DNA of 64,000 nt from Microthyrium microscopicum. Lineage: Eukaryota. Numbering within the stretch: the first letter of the stretch is position 1; every line of letters begins with the position of its first letter. The position numbers and the translations under genes were made by a program. The stretch lies in the NCBI GenBank assembly GCA_010405405.1, contig MU004232.1:1693481-1757480 (forward strand), in the 5' to 3' direction. Positions 24,457-38,252 of this stretch are shown here, piece by piece. A model generated the notes under the pieces. It was not told the origin of the DNA, searched no databases, and worked only from the letters and a program-made list of their open reading frames with translations.

Positions 24457-26826
24457 TCAGCTCTTGACAAGCTGATCTTCCTCTCCATCATCGTCACTAT
24501 CTGTCTCTTCGCTATCTGTCTCATATTCTGCGCTCTCACTATCGCTTTCTGTCTCCCCACTGTCCTCTTCTTCATCCTCTTCCTCCCCCTCAACCTCATC
24601 TTCGTCTAGCCACTGATCCAAAGTCTTCGTCGTCCTTTCCGCCCCATTCGACTTTCCACTTCCGCCTCCCACCGGCGTGCCAGAACGCTCCACCATACTT
24701 GTTGGGCGAGATGATACCGAAGCCCCAGCCTCATCACCATTTCTCTCCGCAGCGCCAACCGCAATCGTCGTCCAGGCCGGCACGTTTTGCGCGCCGCGTA
24801 TGTCGATGCCGAGCAGCCAACTAGCCGAGCCAACTGCGGTTTTCCTATCGCTACTAGGTGCTGCCTGCTTTGCCGGATCGTCAGCGCGCGGCGACGGCTT
24901 GGCGGTGAGGAGGAGCAGTGCTGCTAGATCGGTTGATGGCACATCAAGGAGTAGATTTCGAAGGTAACGTGTGCGGTCACGGAGTTGGAAGCTATGTGCA
25001 TAGCGAGCAAGTAGAAAAGTGTGATGAAGCATTTTTACGAGCTGGCTGGTTTCGTCGTCACTATCCAATATTTCTGTGTTTGGCACATCAGTGTTGTCTT
25101 TGGCGGACTTTTCGCGCTCGCGGCGATCGTGTAGATAGACTTTCGCCGCGAGGAGTAAAATCTGACTTTGGACTTCGACAGTCTCGTCAGCAAAGCCTTG
25201 GAGCAAGATGCGCCAGACGTCGGCGGCTATTTGCACACTGCCAGGGGTAGCAGCAAATTCGCCGACAAGCCATATGATTGCGGCGCGGGCTTTTGGTGCT
25301 TTGAGGGCGTCGAGATGTTTGGCTAGACGAACAATAGTCTTGGAATGGGCGCTGGGATCGCGTTGAATGAGGACGCGTATTTCGTCAAGGCTAGCTGCTA
25401 CAAGTGTTGCGTCGGGAGAAGAGAGATGAGTGAGAAGAAGAGCGAGGCATCGACTTCGTAGTGCTGGTGTTGGAGCGGCAGATGCACAGCGCCCGATGGC
25501 AAGGACTGCTGCACGTACCAGGGTGGCATCGGAGGATGATGTGTGATGGGCCAAATCAGTCAAGATCAGGCTGCGTATCGATGTTGAGACATGTGGGAAG
25601 AGGAGTGACAGAATGGTAAGTTTAGTGGTTACGATCAAGGGTGAGTCGCTCGCGCGAAGTAGAAAGTGAGTCGTATATGGTAAGAATGAAGTCGGATGTT
25701 GACGAATGAGGTCAGCAATAGTAGGCAATGCTTGCGAGGCGATGTCTGGTCCGGCTCGTAATATGGACATCAGTGGGCCAGCGAGAAGTGATAGGTAGGT
25801 GGTCGTCCCTAGGTAGAGATAGCATCGCGCAACGGCTATGATGACAGCAGAATTGCGAGATTGAAGAAGAGGTTGAATTGATTTCAGGAGTAATTCCAAA
25901 TCCGGGTCCAGAACAGGAACCTCCACCATTTCTTCGGGTGTGGAAGTTTCTTCATCCTCATAAAAAGCCTTGTTCTTCTTCTCCTCGAGATCTCCTTTTC
26001 GCACTTTCTTGGTCCTCCTGGGAAAACACTTTCGACAATACCGGACCATAAGCTCCAATGTCGAGAGCTGACCCCACTCGTCCATATCAACCAATTTTTT
26101 CACCAATCCTCTCCAGTGTGGATGTATCAGGTCCAATCGCTCAGGACAGACTTCCAGGAAGGCATGTACCGCAGCACCAGCAACATAATACTGACGGTCA
26201 CCCAAGAGCACTCCGATCTGTTCTTCCAACAGCGCACTTTGACTCGGATCCATTCTGTAGCATTTCGGTATAGCCAAAGCCGCCGTCCGTCTGACGATTG
26301 GACTCATATCTCCCGCACCACGCTTAATACCTAGCGCAACAATTTGCGATATCACCGAAACCCGAATTGAGCTCATGGTGCGCAGAGCTAGCGCTCTAGT
26401 CCTCGCATTGGAATCTGACATTCCCTTTTGTATGGTATTAATCGCCAGTAGCGCCGTATCCGGGGCAGCTTCGGCATGCTGTATCAAGAAAGCATATACG
26501 AGCTTCTTGATCTCTGTGTTTGGCGAGGCAATGTTCTTGACCACGGCAGTGAAATAGGGTAGCGCCGATTGATTGCTGTAGAACAGCGCCATGACCCTCC
26601 GTAAGCCATCGAGAACTTCGGCTTCGCGCCTTGAGTCTAGTAATTTCTTGAGAGCGGCAGGTGGGAGAGGGCGGGAGACGGTTCGACGTGAGGCAGCGGC
26701 ATCGCGTGCTGCTTCGAGAGTGAGATCTCGAGCTGTGGGAGGAGCCGTTAGCTTTTGGAACTTGCTTCAGGAGGATCCGTAGGTACCTGTCTCTACAAGA
26801 CTCGATACACGCGACAACGAGTCCAT
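24457..26826 (-). CDS. APL6: AP-3 adaptor complex beta subunit
   Basis: Adaptin N-terminal motifs (VVKNIASPNTEIKKLVY, RALALRTMSSIRV, DMDEWGQ, LDPDLELLL, IIWLVGEF) and an acidic tail. The first exon MDSLSRVSSLVET starts at 26826 and is followed by a short intron. Confidence 0.93.
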
Positions 26827-27049
26827 AGTGAGTAGCTCGCGCGAGAATATCGCAGCGAGGTGGGGTTGGGTTGGGCAAAAGACCGACGCGATGCTGCCAG
26901 AAAGAGCCTCATCCCACTTCCTCATTGGGCTAGATTAGACAGGGATTTGGATGCGGGAACATCCAAGATCTAGATTTTGGATTACTTCACTTCACTTCTA
27001 TTCTTCATCTCAATCGTGAACGACATCTATTATTATCTATTGCTCAGCG

Positions 27050-28162
27050 CTATAGCCTGAGTGGTATCTTTCGCTGAAAAGCACTGTGGTCAAACGCAAA
27101 TGGCGTCGCCGCTTCCGCTCGTTTCCTCAGATATCCTCTCTTGAACGCCTCGATCTTCCTCAGATTCAACTCGTTTTCCAGAGCAGCGCTGTTCTGCCAG
27201 AATCGCCAGCTCCAGTGTGCTTTCCTCCAAAGCTTGTTCTGATAGTCCTTCAAATCCTCCGCCGAACGGAACAGCATGCCATAGTTCCTGTACAGACAGT
27301 CCAATTCCGTTGGACAAAACTCGGCCACCCCTCCAAGCATATACTGCCACGAATGTTCGAATATCCTTCCTGATATCCCGTCCTCCAAAGGCGTCGACAT
27401 CAACCAATCTCGATAATGGACGTATGAAGAAAGTGGTCTGGCACGAATGGCGTTGCGTGACACTGCGAGCTGTGCACAACACGACTGCCCGATGGATGCT
27501 GGTGGTGTCGCGCCCTGGTATAAATCCCGCCAGAGCTTGGATGTCAGGAATTCCTCTTCCTTTCTTTCGTACCGGTTCAACTTCTCTTCTGGCAAATCGA
27601 ATCGTAGCCAAGCTGGGCACCCTGGCACCCTTTCACATCGCGTGTTGGCATATCCGTCTCTATACACCTGCTCCAGATCCATCTGAAGGATAGTCTTGGC
27701 CGTGTCTCGGTCAAGCACGAGGTTATTGTGTGTTGCCTTTTGGTGCGGGTGAAAGAATAGCACCACGTCTGGGAGATTGTAGTAGTTGTCTATGATATAG
27801 CTGAGGTAGGGCATCGCTTCGTGGCCTTTGTTCGCTCTGGTATGAAGGGGTGCGTGGAGATCATCTACGGAGTATATTGCCGTGTTGATGTCTGGCAGCT
27901 CACGACTGATCCACGAGAGATCATCCTTACGTGTGCGGCCCATGACAAGTGTATGCGAGACATTGTGAGATCGTTTATACTGTGACAAGATTGATTCTGT
28001 CAGAGCAGTTTGCTTGAGTGTATCATTGTAGTACCACCGTATATTCTTGAGATGAACTCCAAGGATGAAAAGTAGAGGGATGAGGACGGCCGTCAAGTAA
28101 GTCAAGAGAAATCTTCGTAATTGGCGAGAACGAAATGTTCGTGACGAAGTAGCAGTCCACAT
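27050..28162 (-). CDS. DUF3431-family protein with N-terminal membrane anchor
   Basis: 370-aa ORF with hydrophobic N-terminal segment and NKGHEAMPYLSYIIDNY, CCAQLAVSR and SGRIFEHSWQY motifs typical of DUF3431. Confidence 0.85.
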   Translation of the reverse strand: MWTATSSRTFRSRQLRRFLLTYLTAVLIPLLFILGVHLKNIRWYYNDTLKQTALTESILSQYKRSHNVSHTLVMGRTRKDDLSWISRELPDINTAIYSVDDLHAPLHTRANKGHEAMPYLSYIIDNYYNLPDVVLFFHPHQKATHNNLVLDRDTAKTILQMDLEQVYRDGYANTRCERVPGCPAWLRFDLPEEKLNRYERKEEEFLTSKLWRDLYQGATPPASIGQSCCAQLAVSRNAIRARPLSSYVHYRDWLMSTPLEDGISGRIFEHSWQYMLGGVAEFCPTELDCLYRNYGMLFRSAEDLKDYQNKLWRKAHWSWRFWQNSAALENELNLRKIEAFKRGYLRKRAEAATPFAFDHSAFQRKIPLRL

Positions 28163-30753
28163 CGCTGGTGAGTTCTAGTGCCCGAAAGGCTCAACTCCAG
28201 AGTCTTATAACTCGACATTTCTTGGACACAAGAATTGTGAGCGAGGCGCACGAGAGGAACCTGGAAAGGGCTTTGTGTTATGAGGATTTAAACTTACGAG
28301 TCGACAGGATCAAAATGGGTTACAAGTGGGTAGGTGTGTCAATCGGTAGGATTTGTTTGCATCCTATCGATTTTACGCCCTGGTTGATTTATATACCACA
28401 TGTACAACTCGCTCTATTGGCATAGTATGAGGACCTGGCCAATTGCTTCGGAACCTTGACATAGCGGCGTGGGCCTGTCAAGGTATGTGTGCTAAATACG
28501 GTGCGGCCGTGTTGCTTCCTCAAGACCTGCCATGAGGCTCAAAATAGTCGGGAAGTGTTGGTGGAATCCAGGGCCCGTCACAGAAATCAGCCCCGTTAGG
28601 GGGCTCTTTTTCTATCTTGAGAGTATCTTAGCAGTGTAGTCTTGTAGTAGTTGTGTCTGATTTTGTTTAAAGGACGATATAGAGGCACTGCTTGATTTCG
28701 CTATCTTAATTATACTAGATTGAAATTTCGGCACTATAACTGAATTGATAGTCGTTAATGCCGCCGTGATATTTATGGCTGCAACATGAGTGCAACCATG
28801 CCCTACATCAGAATGATCAGATAGCCAGTAAAGATCGAGTAGTGATGTGATCCGCATGTTGGGTCTGCACGGTGCTAGTAATCAAGCCGATTTTCCAGCC
28901 TTATACTGCAAGAAGCATCTAGACCCATGCGTAGAATTCAGACGTAGTATGAAAACAAGTAGCAGCCTTGAGGACAACAAGGCAGTTAAACTTGTCCAAC
29001 CAGTAAACTGCGCCTCGATTGATGTTGACGAATCCATAGTGACACAGGAGTGAAAATCGCCGTAGGAATCTGTATGGTTAGTAGCCGGCCTTCGGTGTCG
29101 CTATCGTATGAGATGTCTCAGCCTAATGGCAGACCTCGAGAAACACTTGGCTCGGCTGAGAACCTCTACATGTCCTCCAAACTACGACTTGATTGATAGA
29201 ATCCATAGCCTAATTCCCCAAAAAGCCCCAAAGATACTTCATTACCTACCTAAATTCGACAGATACACCCATGCACCCGTCAAAAGAATACTATATTGCT
29301 ATAGTCCATGTCGAGTAAGTGAGCTTGAGTCACCGTGGCCGACGAGAGGGAATCGTGTAAATTCAGACCATTATGGTAAGTTACTCTCATTATCTACTCT
29401 AGAGCCTCTCAACTCGGTGGTGCATTCAGGAAGCTGAAGGAGGATCAATCTCTTCGTAATAAACCTCATACCAAGTCGAGTATTAATCATATCTCATGAA
29501 ATACCGCAAGCCTGGTAGTCACGTCAACTCTGTACGTAGACTTACCACTACCCATCTGCTTGTATATCATGATGATTCGAAATTTCTTGGTAAAGTGTCA
29601 AAACAATTTGATGTTCTGGCGAAGGCCGTCATACTAGAAGTCTCTACGATTTAAGCGAATACTATAATTACTAGCTGCCATCAGATTCTGTCAGTAATTG
29701 TATCTATACTGCCTGCTGGAATGGCGGACTTAGCAATAATGTGCAATGTTCTAACGAGTTCAACGCAGCTTCCACAAGTTTGATGAAGCCAAAAATTTGT
29801 GGAAATAAAGCTAGAAGTCGCGCCTTGAGTGACTGAGGCTTGACCACAAAACCCGATCCAGAAATTTTATATACCGCTCGAGGACTAGATCTATTTTCTG
29901 AGACGAAATCAATGTGCCATTAAAAAGTTCGGATTTCTCATTTGCGGTGCTCAGCCACTTCAGTGACGACGAAAATCGAGAGCCAGAATCGTGGATGGCC
30001 GCCACGAAACAATATCCCGCGTGGTACGGTAGTACTGTGGCACCACTGTTGATTATATGAGCTACGTGTTCTCGCCCTTCTCCACCCATAGCATGGGCGT
30101 GTAAATCATTGCCATGGACGGGCACCTGTACCAAGCTTCGTCTAAAGCTTCACCCAAAGCTTCGCCCGGCAGTTTCCTCGGCCTTCGGGGCAAAATAACT
30201 AATATTTTCAATTGACAAAAGCAACGATCCAGTAAGAACGCCGAGTTGACTGCTTTGAAAGCTTAAGTGGCACTTTTATATTGAGTCTTAGTGCAATAAG
30301 ACTCTCAGGGCTAGCCACAATGATAGCTATCGTATATCAATTTTTCAACACCATGTTTCAGACTTGGCATAAAGTTCGCTCTAGGCCCTACGATGAACAG
30401 TGGCTCAGTCATGACGTTGACACCCTTCATTTGTGCATGAATTTGCGCGCTAATTGAGCGAATGAGCCTCAAATCGAATTTATTCATACGAGGGATATCC
30501 TGATTCTTGTGCCCAGGTACGAGGAAAAAGGTGGTGCTCAGGAACCATCGTCACCCTAGATCGTAGATTGCGTAGGGTGTGATATCATAATCTACCAAGA
30601 ATTCCACATGCAATAATATACGAGAAACTATGGGAGAGAAAGCATAAAAGGCCAAAAGGCCTCGTAGTTAGCTACTCTAAGATATCATCACCGACCTTTT
30701 TTCACAACGTACCAATCCAATCTTCTTCTCTACAGAACAAATCATCCACAAAC

Positions 30754-31022
30754 ATGAAGTTCAACAGCATCATCCTATCTACCCTCTCACTTGTGGCATT
30801 CGCCCAGGCTATGGCTATCGCTGCTCCACATGAGCTGACTGCCCGAGCGGAGTGCCCCAAAGGCACTGCAAAGGCTGGCAAGAATCACGGCCTACACGGC
30901 GACAGTAAGTACCTGATATTTCCGTATAGTAGCCCTCGATGCTAATATTTCCATTAGACTGCCGCTTCGATCATGAGTGCTGCAGTGATTCCTGCGAGAC
31001 CGTTCGTGGCCACTGCCGTTAA
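30754..31022 (+). CDS. Small secreted cysteine-knot (knottin-like) peptide precursor, 71 aa, 2 exons
   Basis: Exons 30754-30904 and 30958-31022 (53-bp intron GTAAGT...GCTAAT...TAG) give MKFNSIILSTLSLVAFAQAMAIAAPHELTARAECPKGTAKAGKNHGLHGDNCRFDHECCSDSCETVRGHCR*. It has a signal peptide and six Cys. Confidence 0.85.
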
Positions 31023-31429
31023 ATTCCGAGCAAATATATTTTAGCATATAGCAACTTGCGGATGGTAGAGAGCGACCTGACGCGTTTTGAAGTTCGATAA
31101 GAACAAGTGGTTGAGCTTTTTTGACGAAGAGAAACCAAACTTTATAATTGAATCAAATATTCCAACCAGTCCACTAAATCCCGACCCGTCCGTCAAGCTA
31201 GACTACATGTGACGTCTGATATACCCCACCCAATCTCGCAGATGAACTCTTGCTTCGTATTACCTTCGAGCCATGTCAGTTCTTGTATAAATCTTTCATA
31301 CCTCAATGCTGAAGTATTCATAAGTCTGAGCCTCTGACCATCTTCGCCTGAGCTTTGTACTAGCCTTAACGTATCCCTGCAACTGAAGTGTTCAGTCGAG
31401 AATATAGAGACCGCTTCTCTGTCTTAACG

Positions 31430-31995
31430 ATGGGTATCACTCACATCGTCCTGTTCCAATTCAAATCCAGCACATCCCCCGATGAGATCAAAGAGGTAAG
31501 GCTGGCAGCCTCGTTGTGGCTGTCAAGAGTCACCTTCCTTCTAACTTCTACCTGGGTTATAAATGAACTTGTCTAATCTCGAGACAGATCTCGAATCAAT
31601 TTCTGTCACTGAAAGATACGTGTATACACCCAACCACGAAGACTGCGTACATCAAGACCATAACAGGTGGTCTCAACAACTCGCCAGAAACCCATGGTGC
31701 GGTAAGTTGATGACTCGAACTCCACAATCTTCAAATCTCAATCTCGGAAGTTCGCAACGGATACGAGACATCTTGATACAACGGATCCCTTTGTTTGCAA
31801 GTTAGATTTCGAAAAGCTTTTTACTGATTAGTGATTCAGCATGGCTTTACGCATGGATACGTCGTCGAGTTCAACAATGCTGATGATCGGAATCATTACG
31901 TCGACCACGATGAAGCACATGACACTTTCAAAAAATTCGTCCGGCAGCATGTGGAAAAAGTGCAAATTTTAGACTATGAGAATGGTATTTTCTAG
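31430..31995 (+). CDS. Stress-responsive A/B barrel (Dabb) protein, 3 exons
   Basis: Spliced reading MGITHIVLFQFK...GGLNNSPE...GFTHGYVVEF...DRNHYVDHDEAH...LDYENGIF*, with canonical introns. Confidence 0.88.
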
Positions 31996-32064
31996 AGCAC
32001 ACTCGCGTATTTTTTTTTTCTGGTCAGCCTTGTTCAGCCTTATCGCTGAGCTTTGTTTCTCTAA

Positions 32065-32860
32065 TCAATCAAACTTGACATAACCTTTCCCTTTCACAAA
32101 AGTGTTGATTGGTGGCCCCTGATCACTTTTCTCAGCAAGTCTGATGTATTCCTCTGCTGCTGCATCGCCATCAGGTGGGTTGGAGATTCCGCCATCCTCT
32201 TGACGTTCGTCGCAATAATAGAAGCTATTGAACGTGAGCGAAGACTTTTCAAAGTTTGTGTCTGGAAGTCTGGGTATATAACTTACCGGAAACCTTCACC
32301 ATCATATGCCTGACTTGCAGCCTTGATCAGATATGCGGTTGCATTCTTTCCCATACCGAACGTTGTGACCAGCGGCCACACTAAGACATTGAGTTTGTTG
32401 CCAGTGAAAATAAAGGTCTTCGAGGCGGAGCTAGGGAGCTGCTTGAAGCCTTTGACAGCCTCTTTCGCTACAAAGAGAGGCGTGATGGAGTTGACGGCAA
32501 ATTGACGGTTGACATCTTCTAATGTAACAGCTTCTAAGGGATCGTTTTCATCAAGTACGATCCGATCGGCACCTGTGTGGATGATTAGATATGAAGTTTT
32601 ACTCTGCCAGTTTTTTGTGTACCGTTGTAAACGACCACAGAAGGAATGCCAAGCTGCTTCGTCACTTTGGTATAAGCAGCTTGAACCTCTTCTGTCTTTG
32701 CCAAATCAAGTTTCAAACGAAGAAATCCGTCTTCCCCAACTCCTTCTTGGAAGCTTCTCGCCGCTAGAGCGACCTTGTATCCTTTGGCTGCAAATGCTTT
32801 GCCAACTGAGAGTCCAATTCCTGGACCAGCACCTAGAACAAAGATTACAGGCGCAGACAT
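32065..32860 (-). CDS. Short-chain dehydrogenase/reductase, 3 exons
   Basis: N-terminal VLGAGPGIG Rossmann motif, VVVYN, TFIFTGN, GMGKNA, FYYCDER; stop TGA at 32065-32067. Confidence 0.85.
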
Positions 32861-33574
32861 ATCGGCTCGTAAAGATGATGCTGTATAGAGATAGAGTATG
32901 AGTAGAGGTAGGAAATGTCGAATTTATCTTCATATGAGATCAGTAGCTGGCGCGCTTTTATATGCCAATGGCACCATTTTTGGCATTTGAATCGCAACTC
33001 GGCAGCGGAGAACGAACATGATCCGAGTTAGATACGCCTCTACAGAATGTCAACAAGAAAGCCAATCAAAGCACCTATAGTCGTTGTAAACCAAGCTGAT
33101 GAGAGTACATCTTTTCTGTGCAACTCGGCTGACAAACCGATACTAGAGCTTCTTAACCTCCACTACGGCCGCTTTCAACTAGACGCTGGTGTCGATCAGC
33201 GCTGTTAGCACTTGATGCAAACAAGGGCATCCTCAAATGGTGCATAGGCTTACAAATCGAAGTTTCATGACCCCGGGATTGCGTTAAGAAGCATTCAACC
33301 AACCAGGAGCTTGATGGAAGTATATTCCTACCGGGAGATCGAGATTTCCACCAGGTAGAGCAGATTTTGGATTGAGAAAGTATATTCCATGTTGCTAACG
33401 ACGCTACCAAGAGCGAAAGGCTAGGGGTATCTCAGCTAATACAAATACGAATCCAATAAATGTACAATCTCCATCAACCGTGATGCATTTTTGCCGCTCG
33501 AACAAAGCATGGGCTCGTCACATCATATCGTATCCAAGCATATTACATTTGCCATCAACTGCCAAGTATATCAT

Positions 33575-35913
33575 TCAAGAGAATCGCGGATTCATGCTCC
33601 CACCAGGAAGAGTCTCCCATGCTGTCATGTTGCTGATGCCGAATTCGTTCATCACATTATCGTTTCCAAAATCATGTGCTGATCCTACCAGGCCAGACAT
33701 GGTCGCTATCGACGATGCGTTCATTGACCATGGTTTAGTATCAATTTCGGTGGGAACATAGCCCGGTGAATACTGCGTCGTAGCAGGTGACGGATAGAAA
33801 GAGGCAGATACTCGGTGCGGTGGAGACGACGCGTCGAGGCCGGGTGTTACAGGTCCAGTCTGGGAGGAACCGCTCCAAAAGTAGGAGTCTGTCGAGCCGC
33901 GAAGTTGCGCTTGCAGACGGTTTTGCAATTGGGTTAAAAGTGGCTGTGCTTCTTGAGCCAGCTTGTCGCGCCAGGAAACTTCGCTAACGAGGCCGAAGCG
34001 ATGACCGAAAACGGAGAGAATGGCGAGAAAGGTGTTGATGGTGTCGATAGCTCGCGATGTTGGATTTGACTGGTGATCTATAATGTCAGGAGAGGCTAGT
34101 GGTGGTGGAGCCTGGGTTGGTGCGGGAGCGAGGGGATCCATTTGGGTGTCGAGCTCGGGCTTGACGTTGGTAAACGTTGAAACTCCGGAGTCCATGTGTG
34201 GTTGTAGGAGAATGTCAATATTGGCAGACAATGTGTCCAAAAAGTGTCTGGCCACTGTGTACACCCGCAGGGCGTCATAAAAGGTGAATGGAGAGAGCTT
34301 TTCGGCTGATTCTGTTTGGAGTCGTTTGACCATATTTGCATAAGCGGAAGAATTTTCTATAATAAGTCGCTGAGCATGCTCATTGGGAGATGGGCACTTT
34401 GAGCTCGGTGAAAGAATATAGACATAACTGTAGAGAAGATCCAGCTCCAAGTAGTCTCGAATAGGTTGTGGAGTTATTTGTGGTAGTGTTTTCAACCAGT
34501 GCGCCATTTCGTAGTAGATCTTCCATATATGTTGGTAAGGATCAGACCAAGGAACACGGCTGGATTGAAAGAGTTGTGTATACCAGGACGATTGGATCTG
34601 GCGCCACTTTATGAATGCGAGACTAATTTCATTGGACTTTGACCAGACATTCTCGGTTGCAGCCGTTACAGGGGATTTCGATTTGGTCGAAAATGGAAGA
34701 CCAACGTTGGCAGAATCATCCGAGAAGGAGAATGCTCGGGTCTGAACAATTGATGTGCATCTGCAAGTTGTGAGTAACGAAGCAAGAAAAAAAAACAGTG
34801 ATCTAACCTATCCAAACAGTATACACATTGGTAAATGCGTCTGCGAAGCTCAAGCTTCTGCCTTGGGGTTTTGGCTGACTTTGAGGGATCTTGATGTAGG
34901 CCCAAATCAACCATGGCACGAGAAGCAGCTCCTACAAGTGTCCAGCTATCAAGATGTGCGGGATCCAACATAGAGAACTGAATCAAGAGCAACATAGCCT
35001 GAATACTCCATATCGATCCTGGGTGTAGTACTTGGTCGGCAACCTCTAAAGCGGCACATACGTGGCCAATCGCGTCAGTATACATGGAATCTCCTCGTTG
35101 TCGGGATTGCATTGCAGACGATATGGCTAATATAAGTCGCGTAGTCCACGCATCCATCGCTGTGGCATTATTCCTGTCGTGACCAGTCATGGCGTCCAGC
35201 GCACGGTAAATCTCCCCTTCCTCCAGGACTGGGTGTAGAGTTAATAAGTTTTCCACGTATATTTTGATTAATGGTAAAGCGTCTGATCTGAGTGGAAGCT
35301 CCTTTTTCATTCCAGATGGCAAAGGTTCCTTTGAGGCTGCGGCGATGATAAGTCTTGCATATGAGATGGCGTTTGTAAAGCCATACTGATAGTCTCTGGC
35401 CGTAGCATTGACGGTTCTATCGGAAATTAGCAACCTGAAATCCGTGGTAGAGAAAATGGTAGCTTACAAGAAGCCGAAATCCGAGACTAGTTCATCAACT
35501 GTGCCCAGTTCTTTTCGAAACTTTGCCCTTCTGTCTTTTGGTCTTCCTAAAGAGTCCATGGTTGAGCTTCGTGACAAAGGCGTTATTGGAGAGCCAAAAT
35601 CGAGCATGCTGATCGATGACTGCCGCCTCCTACGTGCTTCCGCGATGCGACGCTCCAGTTTCTCCACTTTGGCCTCCAGAGTTGAGACATAACTGCGCTC
35701 TTTCCCTGGAGCGAATTGGCTGTTGCCACTTGAGCATTGCTTGGCGCGTCCTGATCTTTCGCATGCCGTACATGCAGGGAGTTTGCCATCACACTTGATC
35801 TTAGCAGCGCGGCACCGCTGACACGCAGCAATGGGCCGGCTGACCTTCAGAAGCGGTACTTCTAGTGGCATCAGGTCCTCTGCGCCAGGAAGATAAAAGT
35901 CGTCGCTGCGCAT
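33575..35913 (-). CDS. Zn(II)2Cys6 transcription factor with fungal-specific TF domain
   Basis: CQRCRAAKIKCDGKLPACTAC...C cluster in the first exon and DLGLHQDP...RRRIYQCVYCLDR middle-homology region; ORF pieces 35464-35913, 34666-35433 and 33575-34507 are joined by introns. Confidence 0.9.
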
Positions 35914-38252
35914 CTTGGTAAGTCAAAGTTCAAAACTATATAGAGGAGGTGTAAAGGATCATGCAGGAACAAGATCGCGGATTCCGAAGTTTTGGTAATC
36001 AGATCCTTCGATAGATGAAAGACGCGTGGTTTTATATGTATATATAAAGGATTGGGCTATTGAAGAGTATTTTTGGTGACGGCGATAAGCTACAGGCAAG
36101 GGGATCTAGCTTGACAGAGCACAAGAGCTTATACACGAAAAGGATGGGGACAGGGACGCATATCAAGTACCTTGGATGTGCAACCAAAGCCGGCGAACAA
36201 ACTAGGCAATGCTGAAGAACGATGTATGAAACGGATGGTCAGCTTACCGATGGGGAGGTGATAGGTCCGATAGCTCTCAGATCTCGATAGCAGATGAGCT
36301 TCAACGACAAGCCGAGGAAGAGATGTTGATGGGTGGACAGCAGATGGCACCTGAGGCGCAGTCGCAGTCGCAAATCACGAACTTGGATAAGATACAAAAG
36401 GCGGGGAGAAATGTTGGAGGTTTTGGTGGGCGCAGGGCTTCTTTGGAAACATGTGGGTCTAAGATATGGGTCGCCAAACCTCTCCCACGCGGTGCCGCGG
36501 ACATTTGGCCCAGTGAGAGGGCGACCACGGCTGCTCAGCCGCTGTGACCCGCCTGTATCTGGCCTAGATTTAGTGTGGCCCTGCCCCTGTTTGTACATTG
36601 CTGACCGCTTACCGCTTTAAACGTTGCTGCTTCAAGAAGGCTTTCTCTTCTTTAACCAAACCTTTAGAAGAGCTGGCGGCATGGAACGCGTTCCGACAAA
36701 GCAAAAATGCCCCGTAATCTATCACATGTCGATTGATCTCTGAGCCTGAGTAGTGAGGAGCCATGTAGTTGGGCATGGAGGCTGTACCACACAATTGCCC
36801 TTGTACGGATTCGCAAGTGGATAACTTGATGCTTAAGCACCACATGCAATACGAAAGGAATTGAGCAACAAAGCCGGCCTCGTGTTTGAGGATTCCTCTC
36901 CAGTTGGCATGCTCGCCAGAGTCGGTCTTGCGCGACGTATCAATGCCACTAAGAAATCAATTGAGGGATGGATTGATCTCTCGTCTCGCGTGGTCAACGT
37001 GGTCAACGTGTCTCCTATCCCTGGGTGGAGAGTATGTGGATGAACGAAAGCCAATGGTAGGCTAGGAAGCACAGTACGGAACACAAATCTTCACGTTCCT
37101 TTTCCCTAAAGGCGTTCGATAACTTCAGCTTGCTTCTCCTTACCTCGACAGCCCTATGAGCTTTGGTGGAGATCAGATCACATCAACGGTTTGCTGGAGT
37201 CCTTGGCGTGGAAGTGTTCCACTGCCACGGTTCCTCGTATCTCAAATTGGAAATTGGCCTGCACAGATATCCTATGGCTGTCGGAATGCGCAGCTTCATG
37301 CCAATACTTCATGGCATGTCCTGGCTTGTTATGGAACGAAGGCCATGGTATGGAGAAAGATTAGAGCCACATGCAAGCAGAGTATTGACCAAAAAGTCTG
37401 ATCTCGTCTCTGTACTTCGCCAAACACCTCGGTTGTGGCTTGAAGAGTGTGGCTGTTCATCGGACCCTTTCGAATAACATGCATAGAAAGCAAAGCTATT
37501 ACGCAGGATGATGAGATAGTATGTGGTAAAAGAGTACTCGTGCATAAAAGATGCGGTGCTGCAAGCTGCAGCCAGCCTCCACTCATCAAATTGTAGCCAA
37601 GCGACCAATGTAAATGCCCTGTCACGAATGACGATTTGGTCCATTATGCCCACCGCCTCATTGGGATCTTTCTGCTCCCAATCTTCAATCGCTTCACCAG
37701 CGCCACCGGTGAGGAAGTAGACAGCCCTGTGGAACACAGGCTTGGATGGCCGCTTCGTGTCGCTCTATCCGACGCGATGGCCGCGGCTCCACGATTCAGG
37801 ATTTCTTCCTTCATCATCCCATAATTCCCTTGGCTCCTTGGTGACAAAGTCTTGAGGCAGTTTTCATTGTTCTGCGCTGGGCGACCAGGCCCGGACAGTA
37901 ATAGACGTCTCGGCATGCATTCCCAAAGAGCTCCAGACTAAAGCTTTCGGTCCTAAAGGAGTGGCTAGTAGTGGAGTGGTGGTGGCTTCAGGATCTTCCC
38001 GTCCATATCGCGGCTAGTCTGACCAATTGCCGTGCTACTTTGGGCTGTCTCTATTCATCCCCATGCCCCTGCCTGCGCATCCGCTCAAATGGTCGGGACA
38101 TGACCGACACTCGTGAATGAACGTCTTCGCGATGTCCGATATTATCATTGACACTTGACCTTGCCATGCGCCTCCTTGCTCTTATGTATATGACCACGCA
38201 AAATGCTCTTTTCTGTCTCTAGATTGCAGTTAGTCAACGAGCACACGAAACA

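Noticed and set aside
24180..24609. Overlapping 97-139 aa ORFs at the APL6 3' end
   Set aside because: Shadow frames of the low-complexity acidic tail of APL6 and its UTR.
28589..28612. Rho-independent terminator-like hairpin agcccc-gttag-ggggct followed by a T-run
   Set aside because: Eukaryotic context, only a 6-bp stem and no bacterial-like gene upstream; likely chance.
36989..37010. 9-bp tandem repeat cgtggtcaa x2.4 between the divergent TF genes
   Set aside because: Too short to distinguish from slippage or chance without conservation data.
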